A DNA stretch of 64,000 nucleotides from Antedon mediterranea (taxonomy: Eukaryota; Animalia; Echinodermata). The notes under the pieces were generated by a model. The model had not been told where the DNA came from. It ran no database searches and worked only from the letters and a program-made list of their open reading frames with translations. Positions 1 to 14,600 of the stretch are shown in pieces; position 1 is the first letter of the stretch; the number at the start of each line of letters is the position of its first letter. Both the position numbers and the translations under genes were made by a program. Location of the stretch: contig NC_092674.1 in NCBI RefSeq assembly GCF_964355755.1, positions 26,784,001 through 26,848,000 of the forward strand, in the 5' to 3' direction.

Positions 1-2317
1 CTCTACCTCAGGCATTATAGAAAGAAAATAGATTTAGTATCCATTGCTTTTTTGGACTTAACTCTAGGACACTTGGTGGTTTGCTGTAGAGGCACTTATC
101 AAAGTTACAGGATTTAGACCAATCTTCCACTGCGATTTTTTTCAGGTGTTTCTACTTCACAGTATATTACATATTTTTCATGTGAAAAATTTCAACTTCA
201 CAATATAGAAATAAATGAAACACTTGCCATGTTTTAAAAAGTATATGTTTGCTGCCCTCTACAATTACATACTTAATTTTAGTACGTTTGTCGCTCCCTG
301 CAATCACGGAAGAAAAACTATTTTCAATATAGATTAAGAATTAAATTGTTTCCAGTTTAAATATTGTACTTTTAAAATTAATTAATTTTAAAATTTGACA
401 AGTCTTTAAAAACATCTGTTTGCTGCCGTCAACTACTAAATACTTTTTTATCACTTTAATTTCCTTCAAAATGGTTAAATAATCATGAATTGTTATAAGT
501 TACTATTGCATTGATTTAACAAAGTGTTAGTGGTAGTAACTCTTGTATAACAAATTTAACCATGTACTGTAGCTTTTATGTAGGATTTATCTTTGCACAA
601 TAACCTATATTTCCTTTAACAAATTACTTAAATATGATTCACTGCTTAAACCTTTATTCTAATATTCTAGAAAAGTGGAACGCAAAAAAAATCCATACTA
701 ATTGATATGCAATACCATGCCTTGTTGATGATGAAGAAATATTAATTTACGTTTTTAGATAATCATTAACATTACAAGAGCTTTCCTTAAATCTCATATT
801 ACTGTACTGAATATTCAGTTACCAGATACCTACATGTGTAGGAACGTTTGTCTATCTAGCAATTGGAATTGTAAATTCAATTTATTGTGACCTATGTACA
901 TCCTATATAAGTATTACTCATATTGTGTACAATACTCGATACTTAGTTGTTGTAGACTCAGTTGGTAAATTTTCCTGCCGAAGTAACAAATTTACATATT
1001 TCTTTCAATTGCTTGTCTGCAAGGAAGTTAAATTTCCAAGTGTTGATGTCTGTTCTTGCAACGTGGTTAGTACTGCGTTTTAGGATGTATTGCGTTTTAC
1101 GATGTGTTGCTTTGTGTAATGAAGAACAGTTTTTCAATGCAGTTGTTTGTATATTTTATTGAAATGTAAGTACAGTGTTTGTTATAGTAATTATCTAACA
1201 ATACAACTAATTCAATTAGTAGCTCAAGTATTTTTAGCAACATTATTGAAAGTTTAACTGATATTATTTAAAAAAACTGTGAATAAGAGTAAGTCAAGCC
1301 ATTATATTTTATTTGTGAAAGTTGTACAACTATGTATAATATCAACACATCAAGCACAGAACATTAATTCTAAACTGATATACTGAAATTTAAGTAATTG
1401 ATTTGAAACAATAAAAATGAGGAAATCTGTGAGAATGAGAAAAAGTCGGCCCAACCAAGATTAGCTTTTCTTAGTTTTTGTTATAGAGGTTTAAACCCCA
1501 ATTATAGTTAAACAGTAGAATACCGTTTTAAAGAAATTTAATATCTGCTTACTGTAAATTTCTGTGAATTGGTGTTATAAAGCCAAAATTTATAGCACTC
1601 GTTTTAAAACCTTTTATTTTTCACCGTCTCAAACCAATTATGGTATGCATGAATTATTATTTAGCGTACATATTAATAACAATAAAACACATTAAAGTGT
1701 CGTGTTACTGCAACACATTAAATAGCATAAACCATGAAGCAACTTTTCACGCCGTACATAAACAACGCATTTTATTGTTTAGCAGATGTTGTTTTCTTTT
1801 TGTGATTTTTGTTTTTCCCCGAAGAATTATTATTGTTATTTAAGATTTATCTTGCGTATCAGATTCTGATCTTTCGTCGATATCAATTTTTCCATAATTG
1901 CCTTTGTGTTTGACGTTATGGTATTGGCAAGGATGATACGTAATGATTCGTATTTGATATTTTGATACGATAAGACTCAATGGTGTTACTTGCCTTATTT
2001 TTATTTAGCTATCTTCAGTAATCTTGAATAAGGCTCTGTTTGAGCTCAGATTTTAATCTTTTTTAGCTTCCACAGTACAGTACTGTCTAATAATACCATA
2101 ATAACTGACCAAGTATATACTTGAAATATATTGTGCGCAGCTGATGGCCTAGAAAATAGTGTGAATTATTTTAAAGACTATAAAGTTACTTTAAAATTTC
2201 ATTCGTAATATAATTTGATTAATGTCTTAATAAATTAAAACAAAAATATAACCAAGGCATAATATTGTCCTATGATATTAAACAACAGTATACTAGCCTA
2301 CTCTCATTCAATTTGCT

Positions 2318-2365
2318 CCAACCAATGACAAACAATGACAAAGACACACCTCCTAATTTGCATAT
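2318..2365 (+). promoter_or_regulatory. Possible KLHL8 promoter elements (CCAAT box and ATTTGCAT octamer)
   Basis: CCAAT at about 2322 and ATTTGCAT at about 2356, roughly 300 bp upstream of the tentative first coding exon. Short motifs, so this is weak evidence. Confidence 0.25.
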
Positions 2366-2672
2366 TAAGCCACACCTTCTTCAAGATGATTGACAGAACC
2401 ATTAACAAATGTTCATTACTGGCATGTTGGAAATATCCCAAATGGAATGGGAATCTTCGTTTAATGACTTATGAAACGGCTGATCGGATTTCACGTACTT
2501 GTTCCAGTTGACTGATTCCGTTCAGTAGTTCAACATGAGTTTGTGTTGTTCTAGGTCATTTAATTTTTAGCTGTTCTATAGATGTCATTGTTGCATATTA
2601 TCTTTTTTTAAACACTATTGCTGTTTGTTTATTTTTATTGCTGTTTAAAACTTACAAACTATTACAAGTTCT

Positions 2673-5600
2673 ATGTCGAATATGAGAAGAGCAAGAAAGT
2701 GAGTACACAGTAGTTTAAACAAATTTTGATTACTTGCCAGATTGAGAGAGAAGGGTGACGCTAGAGGGTTGGGGGTTACCGCTTGGAGAACACATAGGTT
2801 TTAAGACTTTATTTATATAGGTTAATCCTGGGTTAATCAGTGTACCTGTTTTGTATTTGAATAGGAACCATTATAGTTTAGCAAACAATTAATTAGTCTT
2901 ATTTAAAACTCTGTCTACACTATCAAACTTTATGTGACAAAAAAATGTGATGTGCCAATATATGAACATGATGTCATATCACTACCTATTTAGGTACAGT
3001 ATATCACTACCATATTTGGGCATATCACTACCATATTTGGGCATATCACTACCATATTTAGGCATATTACACTTTTTTTCTTAAACTAGTTTGATAGTGT
3101 AGACAGAGCTTTAGAAGAAGTCATTAGACAGGATTTTAATCTGCCATGATGAATTTTTGACCAATTTAAGAATGATTTTTGATAATACAAATTATATGAT
3201 TTAATCTTTAAAACTTTTTTTATTTTTTTCTTTTCCAACTAGTTAAGTTTGATTATATCGAACCCGTAAGAATTTGTTGTCTCCATATCAAATATTTTAA
3301 TGTTTTATGTATACCATGTTCACCATAAGTGAATACACGATAGTTCAATACATTTTATTATGTAGTCAAAAGTTTTGATTATCTATTTTATAACATTGTG
3401 TAAGTTCTGATGGTACTCAATAGCCTTGACAGGGTAGACTACCTCACAGAGCATTGTTCTTTTAGACAAAATTACTGGTAAATGTTGATTATGTGACCAA
3501 AGAAAATGTTTAGTATTAACTTTATGACATTATTGGATCATTTTTGTCATTATTATAAAAACACAATTACCACCTCTGTTGAGAATTATTTTGTGCATTC
3601 TGTATTCCTGTATAGTTTTGTTTTCTTTTTATTGGGTTTTGGGGTACGGAAAGAGGCAAAGCTAGGCAGATGCAAAGCTTGCCCTGATTCTGAAACTACA
3701 AACTGTTGGAGCTTTAAACCTTTTCTTCTTTAGTGAAGTTTGACATGCTGTTGATTAATTTAAATCTCCACAACTTGGTAATTCCCAACATCATGTTTCA
3801 ACCAAATAATCTACAGTAGTCTCAACAGTGCTTTCTTTTCCCAGACAAAGAAAAACATGCAATGTTTTTTTATGTTATAAATGTGATATCACTATTAAGC
3901 TGCACATGAGTTCATCTGAAGTTGACTTATTCAAACTGTAATAATTCTTTACAATGTGACTAATACACAAAGCAACAATACATTGCATTGTCTTGGTAGA
4001 CAATGAGACACAAGCCCATTTATGAAGTACAAATTGCATCTTATATTGAGCTACCCTGGATGTTTATTGATTATACTCTATATTCAGGTTCTTTATTATT
4101 AAACATTTTTTTATCAAGAATCCCTCCTTTGGTACACCCCTATTCAGGAGACAAAAAGGGGACCCTCTTCCATGAAATAAATGAAGGGCAATATGTGTTT
4201 ACCTACAGTATCTTTATTCAGGCACTTCTATCAAGGGGAAGTCCCGAAGGTTTCTCCTTAATATGAGTTCTTCTGTATAAAGCTCTGTCTACACTATAAA
4301 ACTTTATGTGACAGAAAAATGTGATGTGCCCATATATGGACATAATGATGTTATAGCACTGCCATATTTAGGAACATCATCCTTTTTTTGTCCAACTAGT
4401 TTGATAGTGCAGACAGAGCTGTAGGAAAGATACCATACCATTTTTTCACATTTTTATTGAATTTGTCCAGGTTTATTATTAGCTCAGAAACAAGAGGTAC
4501 ATAATGATTGGTTAGAGCAACAGAGAAGATGATGGGAAATTATAAATTATTATATAACATTTTGTTTAATTTCAAGTCTACTTTAAATCAGATTTTTTTT
4601 TTAAATGCACAGTTTAATGTTGCACAGAAGTCAAGGTTACTCTAACTTCAATTCATCTCGTTAGTTATTAAACTCATCTCGTTTAGTTATTACACTCATC
4701 TCGTTTAGTTATTAAACTTATCTCAAAAGTAAAACAATATGTTTTATCGATCCAAAACTTAGTATATAAATTGTTGAACTTTCAGTTTGAAAAGTGTGAT
4801 TTTTAAACATTCTATTATATTTTTGTATTTTTATTAAAGTTAAAATAAGTTTAAGACTAACCATATAATGTTTTTCTGTTATACTACAGTATCCGCAATC
4901 TAAAGACATCACATGAAAGTTGGAAAATGTACTTCCTTTCCAACCACAACTTCCATCCTTGTATAACTATGCATCATATCATAAAGCACTATTCTTAAAA
5001 ACTGCACAAAACTGCATAATGGGTTGAACAAATTAAATTTTTTTTTTTACACCATATTTAATGAGGGTTGTCCATCCAGCAATTGCTGATCATTAAGGAC
5101 CCTCAGAGGTTTACAATACAAGACAAACATATACACAAGATGCTCTACATAAACATTATTACAAGTCTTTTGGAGTGGAGTTGTAATTTTGTCCATAGAA
5201 AAAATCCTGTAATGCGACGGGACTTCAACCCAGGACCCTTGGCGTGGTAGCCAAGCATCATAACCACCAAGCCACAACTCTGCATTTACAGGTTAATTTC
5301 TATTTGACTAGATATCTTGTTTTCCAATTTGTTTTACTAGATATTTGTCCTTTTTTTCAAATTGGAATCAGCAATTAATAACCAATTCATATTATTACCT
5401 TGGACTATTTTCCCATGTAGTTTTTTGTTTGCTGCCAGTACAGTATATCTCATGTTAAACCATTTGGTGTCTTGCTCTCATTTCAATTAAACTCCAAATA
5501 AATCTTGATTAAAAACAAGTTGATAAAATTACAAAAGAATTGAGCCATATTTCAAAAGGATATTTATACCAGTACACCTGTTGGTCTACAGTCTTTTTAG

Positions 5601-8600
5601 GGACTGGGATTGATAATGGAAGTCACACAGGGGTCAATTTAGGAAGCGAATACATATAGTGGAATTGGTAACCCACAGAAGGGGAATAGTATACAATGCA
5701 GTAGGATAAGACAGATGCTTCCAAAAAAGATCATTTTAATTTCTCTATGGTTACGTGAATTTTAGGAAGGTGGATGAACAGTGAGCACATCAATGGCTCC
5801 TTCTTTTTCCTTACTTTCCTCAATTTTCTCCTATCTTTCCGTATTCATCTCCACCTTTCCCCCACTTTTACCTTCTTTTTCTACTTCTCTTTTCTTAAAT
5901 AAATGTTCATCAATATTGTTCCTTCATGGTTTAGTTGTCTCCAGCTGCCTTTTACAATAATGACAACACAATCTTCACTCCTCCTCTTTCTCTCCTCTCT
6001 CTACCTCCTCCTTCTCTCTTCCTTCTCTTCTTTCTACCTTCCTCCTATCCATCTCTTTCTTCTCCTCTTCCCTCTCCTCTCCTTTTTCAAGTACTGTAAC
6101 TGGAACACAACACAACATTTTAGCATGAGACAGCAGACAATGAAACTGGGTCATTTATTGATTATATCTTGTACTAGCAAGTGCTTCAGTTAGATGTCTG
6201 CGTTGCGACTCTTAGAATGTTCTTAATTGTTATTAAATCTGTTCTGTTCTACTTAAGTCTCTTTACATCCCTCTTAAAATTGCTATTATGTGATAACACA
6301 AACAACCAAATAGATTATTTATTTCTTATTTGGAAAGTTAATACCAATATTCAAATAGTATTGTTTTAAATAATTTTTTTAAATGTTATAATTCAATTAA
6401 AGATTCTTTTATTCTCATTTGTTAAAATGTTGTAATATTGTTTGCTGTTGATTTTTGCACACAAGATGATAATAAACAATATGAAAATATTGTATTCATA
6501 CAAAAAGTTTTGAAATGAAATTTTGTGCATAAAAGATTATCATAAATAAATATGTTTAATGTATCAAAAGAAAAAATGTTAATAAAATTAATAATAACTG
6601 TAGCGTTTTTATGTTATTTCCTTTTTAGGCCATTTGATAGAAAGTCCACAGTAATTATTGAGATTTCGGGTACAACAAGTAGAAAGAGTAAAAACATGGA
6701 GGCTGATTCTATTTTACCAATTGTACAAAGACTACAGATTTCGCCGAGATTGACCACCACATTTGAGTGCCACACTCATTGGAAGGACTCATTCAGCATC
6801 TTACAAGACTTGTACTTAGATCGTAAACTTTGCGATATCACATTGATTGTTGGAAATAAACATATCCATTGTCATAGACTTGTTCTAGCTTGCTGCAGTC
6901 CGTATTTTAAAGCAATGTTGACCTCTGACATGGCGGAGAGTCGACAAGATGTAATTACGATTAAAGACTTAGATGAGGACGCTGTTGATATGCTGATAAA
7001 CTTTATGTACACGGCAAAACTTGTTTTAACTATTGAAAACGTGCAGCAACTTTTATACGCTGCTAGCATCCTCCAATTGGAGGTCATTACAAAAGCGTGT
7101 TGCGATTTTATGCGAACACATCTGCATCCAAGTAATTGTCTCGGTGTTCGGAATTTCGCTGAACTTCATGGCCGATCAGAACTTGTGAAGTCCGCCGATA
7201 AGTTTACTCATGAATTCTTTTGTGACATTGTTCGACAGGAGGATTTTTTAAACATTAGTTTTGACCATTTTCTAGCTGTTATTGATTCGTCAGATTTGAA
7301 CATTGAAAATGAAATGCAGGTTTATAAGGCTGTGATGAAGTGGGTAAAGCATGATCTACCCGGTAGAGAACGATGCCTACCAGAATTAATGTCTAAGGTA
7401 AGTTAATGTAGGTATGTACAGTACCTGGCGAAGAAAACTTTGTTAACTTTTAACTGTACAGTTTAAAGTAATATTCAACTTTTAAGTACTTATTCTACTA
7501 CCGTACTTATTCAACTGCAGTACTTATTCTACTGCAGTACTTATTCAACTGCAGTACTTATTCAACTGCAGTACTTATTCTACTGCAGTACTTATTCAAC
7601 TGCAGTACTTATTCTACTGCAGTACTTATTCAAATGCAGTACTTATTCAACTGCAGTACTTATTCAACTATGGTACTTATTCAACTGCAGTACAGTACTT
7701 ATTCAACTGCAGCATTTATCCAACTTACTGCAGCACTTATTCAACTTACTGCAGTACTTATTCAACTTACTGCAGTTTTTATTCTATTACAGTACATATT
7801 CAATTGCAATATTTATTCTGGTAAAAACTGTATTTTACATTGTACTCTGTAGTAAATTGTATTAAGTAAGTACATACAGTACACATTGGTTCTCTTAATA
7901 ATTTATCTGTTTTTTGATCGCTTATTTTAGACAAAGATTCACTTGTTTATGATATTGTATGGTAGGTTTTAATATTATTTATTAAACAGATTTATTTTCC
8001 TCAAGGGAAATAATTATTTACTGGTTTTCCTGGGAGCAACAACGGACCTATTTAGACAGGAGTCCTGGAAAAACCTGGAATCTAGAATTTCAGGAACTAG
8101 TCACATTGCCAGCAAATGTTTATTCTGCAATCTCACAAATGTTCTACCTTCTGGCGAGTTTTTAATGTGAATTATACAGACATGAGCTGAATTTACACAA
8201 GACTATTTGAAACTATAGCTGCTTTTTGTCCAATGTCTGATGTAGGTCGCCATACTCATTTATCAATGACACTCACACAGTCGTCTAATTTTGCGAAGTA
8301 TACAATTAAGACAGCAAGTGTCAATTAAGGCATCGATTGTATCACTGAGGAATGTTTTAATGACCAATTTGGCACACTGCATAAGATATTTTCAAATTAA
8401 GACTGTGATATTTTAATTCATATCACGTCATTACCAATTTATTCAGACCTTTATTCCCATTGTTCAAATATCAAGTTTTTATGCAATAGAATCGAATAGA
8501 ATAGAAGTATAGTGGTGGTAGCAGAGGGTAGGGTAAGACAACATACAGTACAGTACATGCGTACTTAAACTTGACTATCTAAAGCTCTGTCTACACTATC

Positions 8601-11600
8601 AATCTAAGTTTGACAAAAAAAGTGTGATGTGCCCAAATATGGTAGTGATCCTGTATGTCCAAATATGGTAGTGATGACATCATCATGTCAATATATGGGC
8701 ACATCACATTTGATAGACAGAGCTGACTAAGGGAATTAGAAGATTATTAGTTTGAAAAATTAAGAGCATTTCCCAATTGCCAAATCTTACCAGATATCCG
8801 ACAATCTACAATGGTCGTGTTCCATAATTGTGTTTATAAAAAATTTCCACTGGTCAAAGATTTAGAGTCAGACAATGACCAGTGTGTGCAGACTTTTAAG
8901 TGGTATGTGCTCCATTTGATTTCAATGAATTTTAATACATTAAGGGAGTTTACCTCTAGGCCTAAGTATATGCAGTAGTACTAACTTGCCTCCAGGTACA
9001 AATTCAGCCAGACCCAATGCATTGTATCATTGACCTGAAACTTACTGTAAGCACCTACTTTGAGTTGAACTTCTTGTTTAATCCTAAAGCATGTACACAA
9101 AATTAAAAACTAAAAATAATCCACAATGTAATCCCTTGTAAAAGTAAAGTAAGGTCTTTTTATCTTTTCTTATCTTTTAATTCTAAAATTAATTTTTGAT
9201 CTTGACAATATATACTTTTCTCACAAATCTTAAAATGTACTAGGCTAATATTTAAAGTATTGTACAGGTATAAAAAAAGGTTCCTCTCAATATTTAGCAT
9301 TTTTACATTCAGAAAGAGGCGAGAAAATTCTATGAGTTTATATACCCATCCAACATACAGTACAGTATTATTATTTAAACAAAATTATCTTTACAAGAAA
9401 AAAATGAATCAATTAAATTTGATATTATTCATTGTTTGTCATTATCAATATTTCTTTTATTAAATATGATATTAATAAAATGTTTTTCTTTGTCTGCTCA
9501 AGATGAAGGCCACAGACACTAATAATTATTGCCAAATGACCAAGTAATAATATTTAAAATTTATTAATATTAAATTTATGATAGCGCTTTAACTTATAAG
9601 AGTTGTTCGTGAACAATTAATATTAATTACTGGGTTTTTACTATAACCTTGGATATTTAATTTAAATTCTGCATTTCATGTTAAATGACTCAGAGAGCAT
9701 AAAAGCATTTCCAATATTTCTAACCAATTTTGTAGGATTTTTCGATATTCTCTTTGTTGTTTGGTTGATTAATTTACCTTTTTAAGAGTGGATTGAGCCA
9801 TCCAGGGTACAGTAGCATTATTTTCTTTTGAAGTATGTTTTTGTGTATTTATTTATTTATTGCATCATATTTCATATTATTGTTCATTGTTCATTTCATA
9901 ACAAAAAACATAAAACATGGTACAGTATATAATATAATGTTAGTACAAAGTAGATCTGTTTCAGCTTTTTGGTTAAAAGATAAAGATTAATTATTAAATT
10001 ATAAATTAATATTTTAACAATTAAATTAGATATGAATTAAAAATTGTGTACATCTGTGCTTTGTATTCTATACTACATGATTTTTTTCCCAAAAAAATAA
10101 ATGAGTCCATTGAATGGTGAAATAGTAACGGTCAACTGTCCCAATACCGGACTCTCTGAAAACCTGGAAACTCTCCAAATACCAGACTTTTCTTGAAGTC
10201 CAAACAATCCCAATAGCACTGTTTGTACTTTTCCAGCTAAACACAAATTAATTTTAGTACTTTGGTGCTATAATTTAGTAAGTTCAATGCCAAGCACTGT
10301 ATAATTAGATTGGCCTACATTCTATGTCAAATTTATACCACTTCTGTGCAACATGTATATGCCAGCACCTTGCTTTTATAGTATCTATTTGAACTTTCCA
10401 AGGTTACACAGTCAATACACACAATACTTTGATCACACCACCATCAATTCTGACAATGCTTTATTGATAAATGCTCTTAAAAAATGTACAAATCTTTTGA
10501 TCACTTTTTCTGATAACACTATAAAATTGACAGATATTGTTGTGTGATACTTGTTCTGATATGATTTGACAGTAATAATATCATACCATACCGTAGCCAT
10601 TTGGGGGCTGTTGGGGCACCATAGATGATTTAACAACTCTCCTCTATGTGGCCCTGTCCTCTTTGATGTTGTCTTTCCAGTTTTTCTTGTGCCTTCCTCT
10701 ACTCCCACCTGAAGAATAATATTTGAACAAAATGTTGAGATTGAAAACAAAATGAATCAAAATGGATCTCGAACCTACTGTACAACCGTAACCGGTACTT
10801 ACCGTGTAACTTGCAGCCTAGCCTCAAACCTGTATACCTGTACCTCCCGACCACCAAGCTTGTGCCCTATGATAAGGTCTGAATTTGGATAATTAAAGAA
10901 TATTTATTATTTACCTACAGTATCTGTAATTTTCATACCAAATAAATAGTGAATTACTTTTTGTTTTGAGGTATGAATGACTGCGACAATGTTTGAGCAA
11001 ACATTTGAATCTCAAGCTTTACCAAACAAATTTTTGTATTGAATTGGCATACACTGAAGTCTTAAGCACTGGCTAAAACTTCATTTTAAATCATTTTTAA
11101 TGGAATGTTGTGAAGTACTGACTTGTTTCGAACCAGTGATCTCGCACTTACCAGGCAGGTGTCTTAGTCATTAGACCACAGATAATCTACGATTAACATA
11201 CTGATTATTCTTTTGTCTTTAGAAAGACTAATTAACATGTTTTATTTCTTCTGTAACCTTCAGAACTCAAATACCCATAACTAACCATTTGCAATCATCA
11301 CTCCACGAAAGAGAATGAGTGCTCTAAATGCGATATTACAATAATCCTAGTTACATATTCTGTAATTTCACAACCATATGGTCATATTTTCTTTTTAATC
11401 ATCATTCAATATTCAATTAATATTAATTTATCGGCAACGATTATGTCTAGGTTCTTTCAACTTTGAGACCACTAAGAACAAAGGTTCTGATTGAAACTTG
11501 TCTCGTAGGCATTCGCGTTTTTCATGAAATTACGTTTCATGCATTTTTATAATGTTAACATCCGGATCTATACATAATGTAATTCATAAGATGTACACCT

Positions 11601-14600
11601 TTGGTCTATATCAGTGATCTATGAATATACACACAGTTACAATTTGCGATTTGAGCAGTTTCATTACGGTATTCAAAATGTAAAGCTTTGCATCCAATAT
11701 GCGACACAGAAAAAATAATTTTTCCATTTAATTTGGCATAATTTATTATTACATGTTAATTGTTTCCCTCCTGCTGTAGAGGACATTTTGCTGAGAAATG
11801 ATCAAGGGGTGATGTTTTTTGTTACTGTAGCCTACCCCTAATCAAGGAACATCCCTATTAAGGTGTCCCCTTAATAGGTGTTGTACTGTAACGGATACCA
11901 CCCAAATTAAGCAAATGGCACAGTCAATTAAGTGGAAACAGGATGGTAATATTAGATGTATAATTATTTATGCGTCATGTTCTTTTTATTTTTAAAACAA
12001 ACATCTTGATTTTCTTTGGATAAATCTAAACTTCTTTTACTTTTTTCTATAAACAGGTACGACTACCAATGATGAGTCCAGAGTTTCTGATGGAAGAGGT
12101 TGAAAATGAAGAATTATTCCGTCGCAATCATGAATGTCGGGACCTTGTCGACGAAGCCAAGAATTATTATTTAGCCCTTAATAAAGTAGTCTCAAAATTC
12201 TCACCAAAGTCAATAACAAGTGACCGAGTTAAACCAAGAAAAAGCTGCGCAGGTTAGTTTATAACTTGGTTATGGTATAAGCTTAACTTAGTTATAAAGG
12301 ATGAAACCATTTTTATAAACCATCATATTCATTAAAATATTGTTTTCACTGAAATTATATTTAGATTTATGCCTTGCTCATGACACCCAACGTCCTCAAG
12401 GTGTAGGTCAAAGGTTGCTAATTACGCAAACTAATGACAGCGCTCTGTATGTGTTTCAAATCAAATACAATAATAACCCATAGGCTTATGATCTTCATAG
12501 CCAAAGAGGCCAGTGTGCCTTACTTGAATATTTGCATTACTGGACATATAAACAATTCCCTAATCACCAATTAAATTATGTAGCTTTGTGCTGTGTATAA
12601 GTATGGATATACACTTGAACCCCTACTAAGGTGACACATACGTTTGGAACCCAAGAAATTGTCCCCTTAATAGTGATGTCCCCTTAATAGAGGTTGGTCA
12701 TAGTGTTGAAAGATTATATACTTTTATTTATTTCACAAGAATGTGTCCCTTAAAGCTTGGTTCGCAAGCGTTTTAACCAATGACAAGCGAAGTTATAGAC
12801 AGTTAACAATCACAAGCGAATAAGAAATCGCTTGTGATTGGTCAATTCACTTGCGTTGCGTTACGTCCTTGTGTTGCGTCGCTAGTGGGAACCACGCTTC
12901 ATAGGGATGTCCCAAAGGAGGTATCTGACTTTAGTCTTTGTTGATTGGTACAGTAGGCCTACAGTAACAAAATAATCTTCCCCACCATCTTTCCCCATCC
13001 AAAAAAAGGTAAATTAACTGAGATGATAATAAAGAGATAATTAATTTAGGCCTATATTCTTTTTATTTATTTTTTTTTGCCATGAATGTTTTGTAGGTGT
13101 TGTGTTTGTCGTCGGTGGACGAGGCGCTACGGGAGATCCTTTCCGAAGTATGGAATGCTACGACTACAGAAATGACACCTGGTTACAAGTCAAAGAAATG
13201 AATTGGAAGAGACGACATGTCGGCGTTACTTCTGTTAATGGTAAGAAATGATAAGTGTTACTTATAAAATACTAGTATTTCTTTTTGTTCTTAATTATTA
13301 AGAACAAAAAGAAATATTATTTTTCAAATTCTGTTTGTTTACAATAGTATAACCATAAATATCATTTTTATAAAATAAGTAAGCTTGTTTACTATTAGAG
13401 CAAGCTGCAATAGTTGTGTAGGTATAATTTTAATGTGCCGCCCTCTATGTTAAATTTTAAGTCTATTACGTGCCTGCTTACCTGGATAAACCCGACAATA
13501 GCCCTTTTCCACGAAGTGCGAAACAAATACGAAAAGAAGAATTCTACCCGAATTCACCTCATAAAGAATGGTACATTCCGCTCTAGCGCCCTCTCGTGGG
13601 ACCACTCCCACGTGTTACCGTCATCATTTCTTTTCGTACTGTCACGAAGACAAGACGAAGTTTGAGCGTTGCAATACGTCACAAACGAGGGAGAAATACA
13701 ACCTTATCTGAAGCTAGCCGAGGCTAAGTTGAACTATTGATATACTATTTATATCTATTAGTATACATTGATTATTGATACGTTGGAAACCGTTGCCCTG
13801 TTTGGTTAATCTAACAGGGCAAAAATACCGTTAGACTAGAGAACTAGTTGTTGGATACGTTGCAAATCGTTGCCTCGTCTACGCACGAGGCAAAAATTTT
13901 TTCACATACCGGGACTGTTCACCGGCTTTGTGTAGCATTTATTAGAATCAGTCAGGCGTATCCACTGTTGCATAGTACGTTAGATACTCTGTTAGGGTGT
14001 GTTTGTGTGCTTTGTTTAGGCGTTCTTCGTCATCATGCCAAAACAAGAGTGCATCCAGTGCAGGGGCCCACGAGCAACACTTAAGTGGGATCGCCACATG
14101 CGGTGCGTTAGCTGCCGTACGTGCAGCCAGTCAGATCCGTGCGAAGTTCGCGTACGCTGGACGCCTGCTAAATTCGCATCGCTTCCACGTCCCGCGGGAC
14201 GTGTTATTGAACAGAAAGCAGTTGCTATCGCACCTCAGGAGGAAGGCGCAACTGCAATGGACGTTCCGGCTGAGAACGTACCACGCGAGGAGGTGCCTGT
14301 TGTTCTCGCAGCTCCCGCGCATGAGCCAGAGGCGGGTTCCGCGCCTGTTCCCGCTGCGGATACTGAGCTATCTCCAGCGGTTATTCAAGCCACCGCGGCA
14401 GCGGTGAGGGCTGCTCCACGGGACGAGCCCGCGGTGTTCCCTCAACCACGCCCTCCATATATTCCATATATTCCGGTGCCTCCACCTCAGACGCCACTGT
14501 CGTATTCTGAGGGACCCTCAATGGAGGAGGGATACACGAGCGACCGTACTATGCTCACGATCTCCGATGAGGAGAGAGCCGCGCAGTTGCGGAGGCCCGG

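Noticed and set aside
5215-5277. tRNA-like segments on the minus strand (also about 10765-10860, 11120-11180 and 56260-56320)
   Set aside because: A and B box remnants without a complete cloverleaf; better explained as decayed SINE heads than tRNA genes.
13414-13665. ORFs 13414+ and 18694- with identical peptide stretches
   Set aside because: A by-product of the DIRS inverted terminal repeats, not duplicated genes.
13632-14034. Possible self-cleaving ribozyme in the DIRS leader
   Set aside because: No CUGANGA..GAAA hammerhead core or HDV-like pattern was found by eye; only the hairpin pair is reported.
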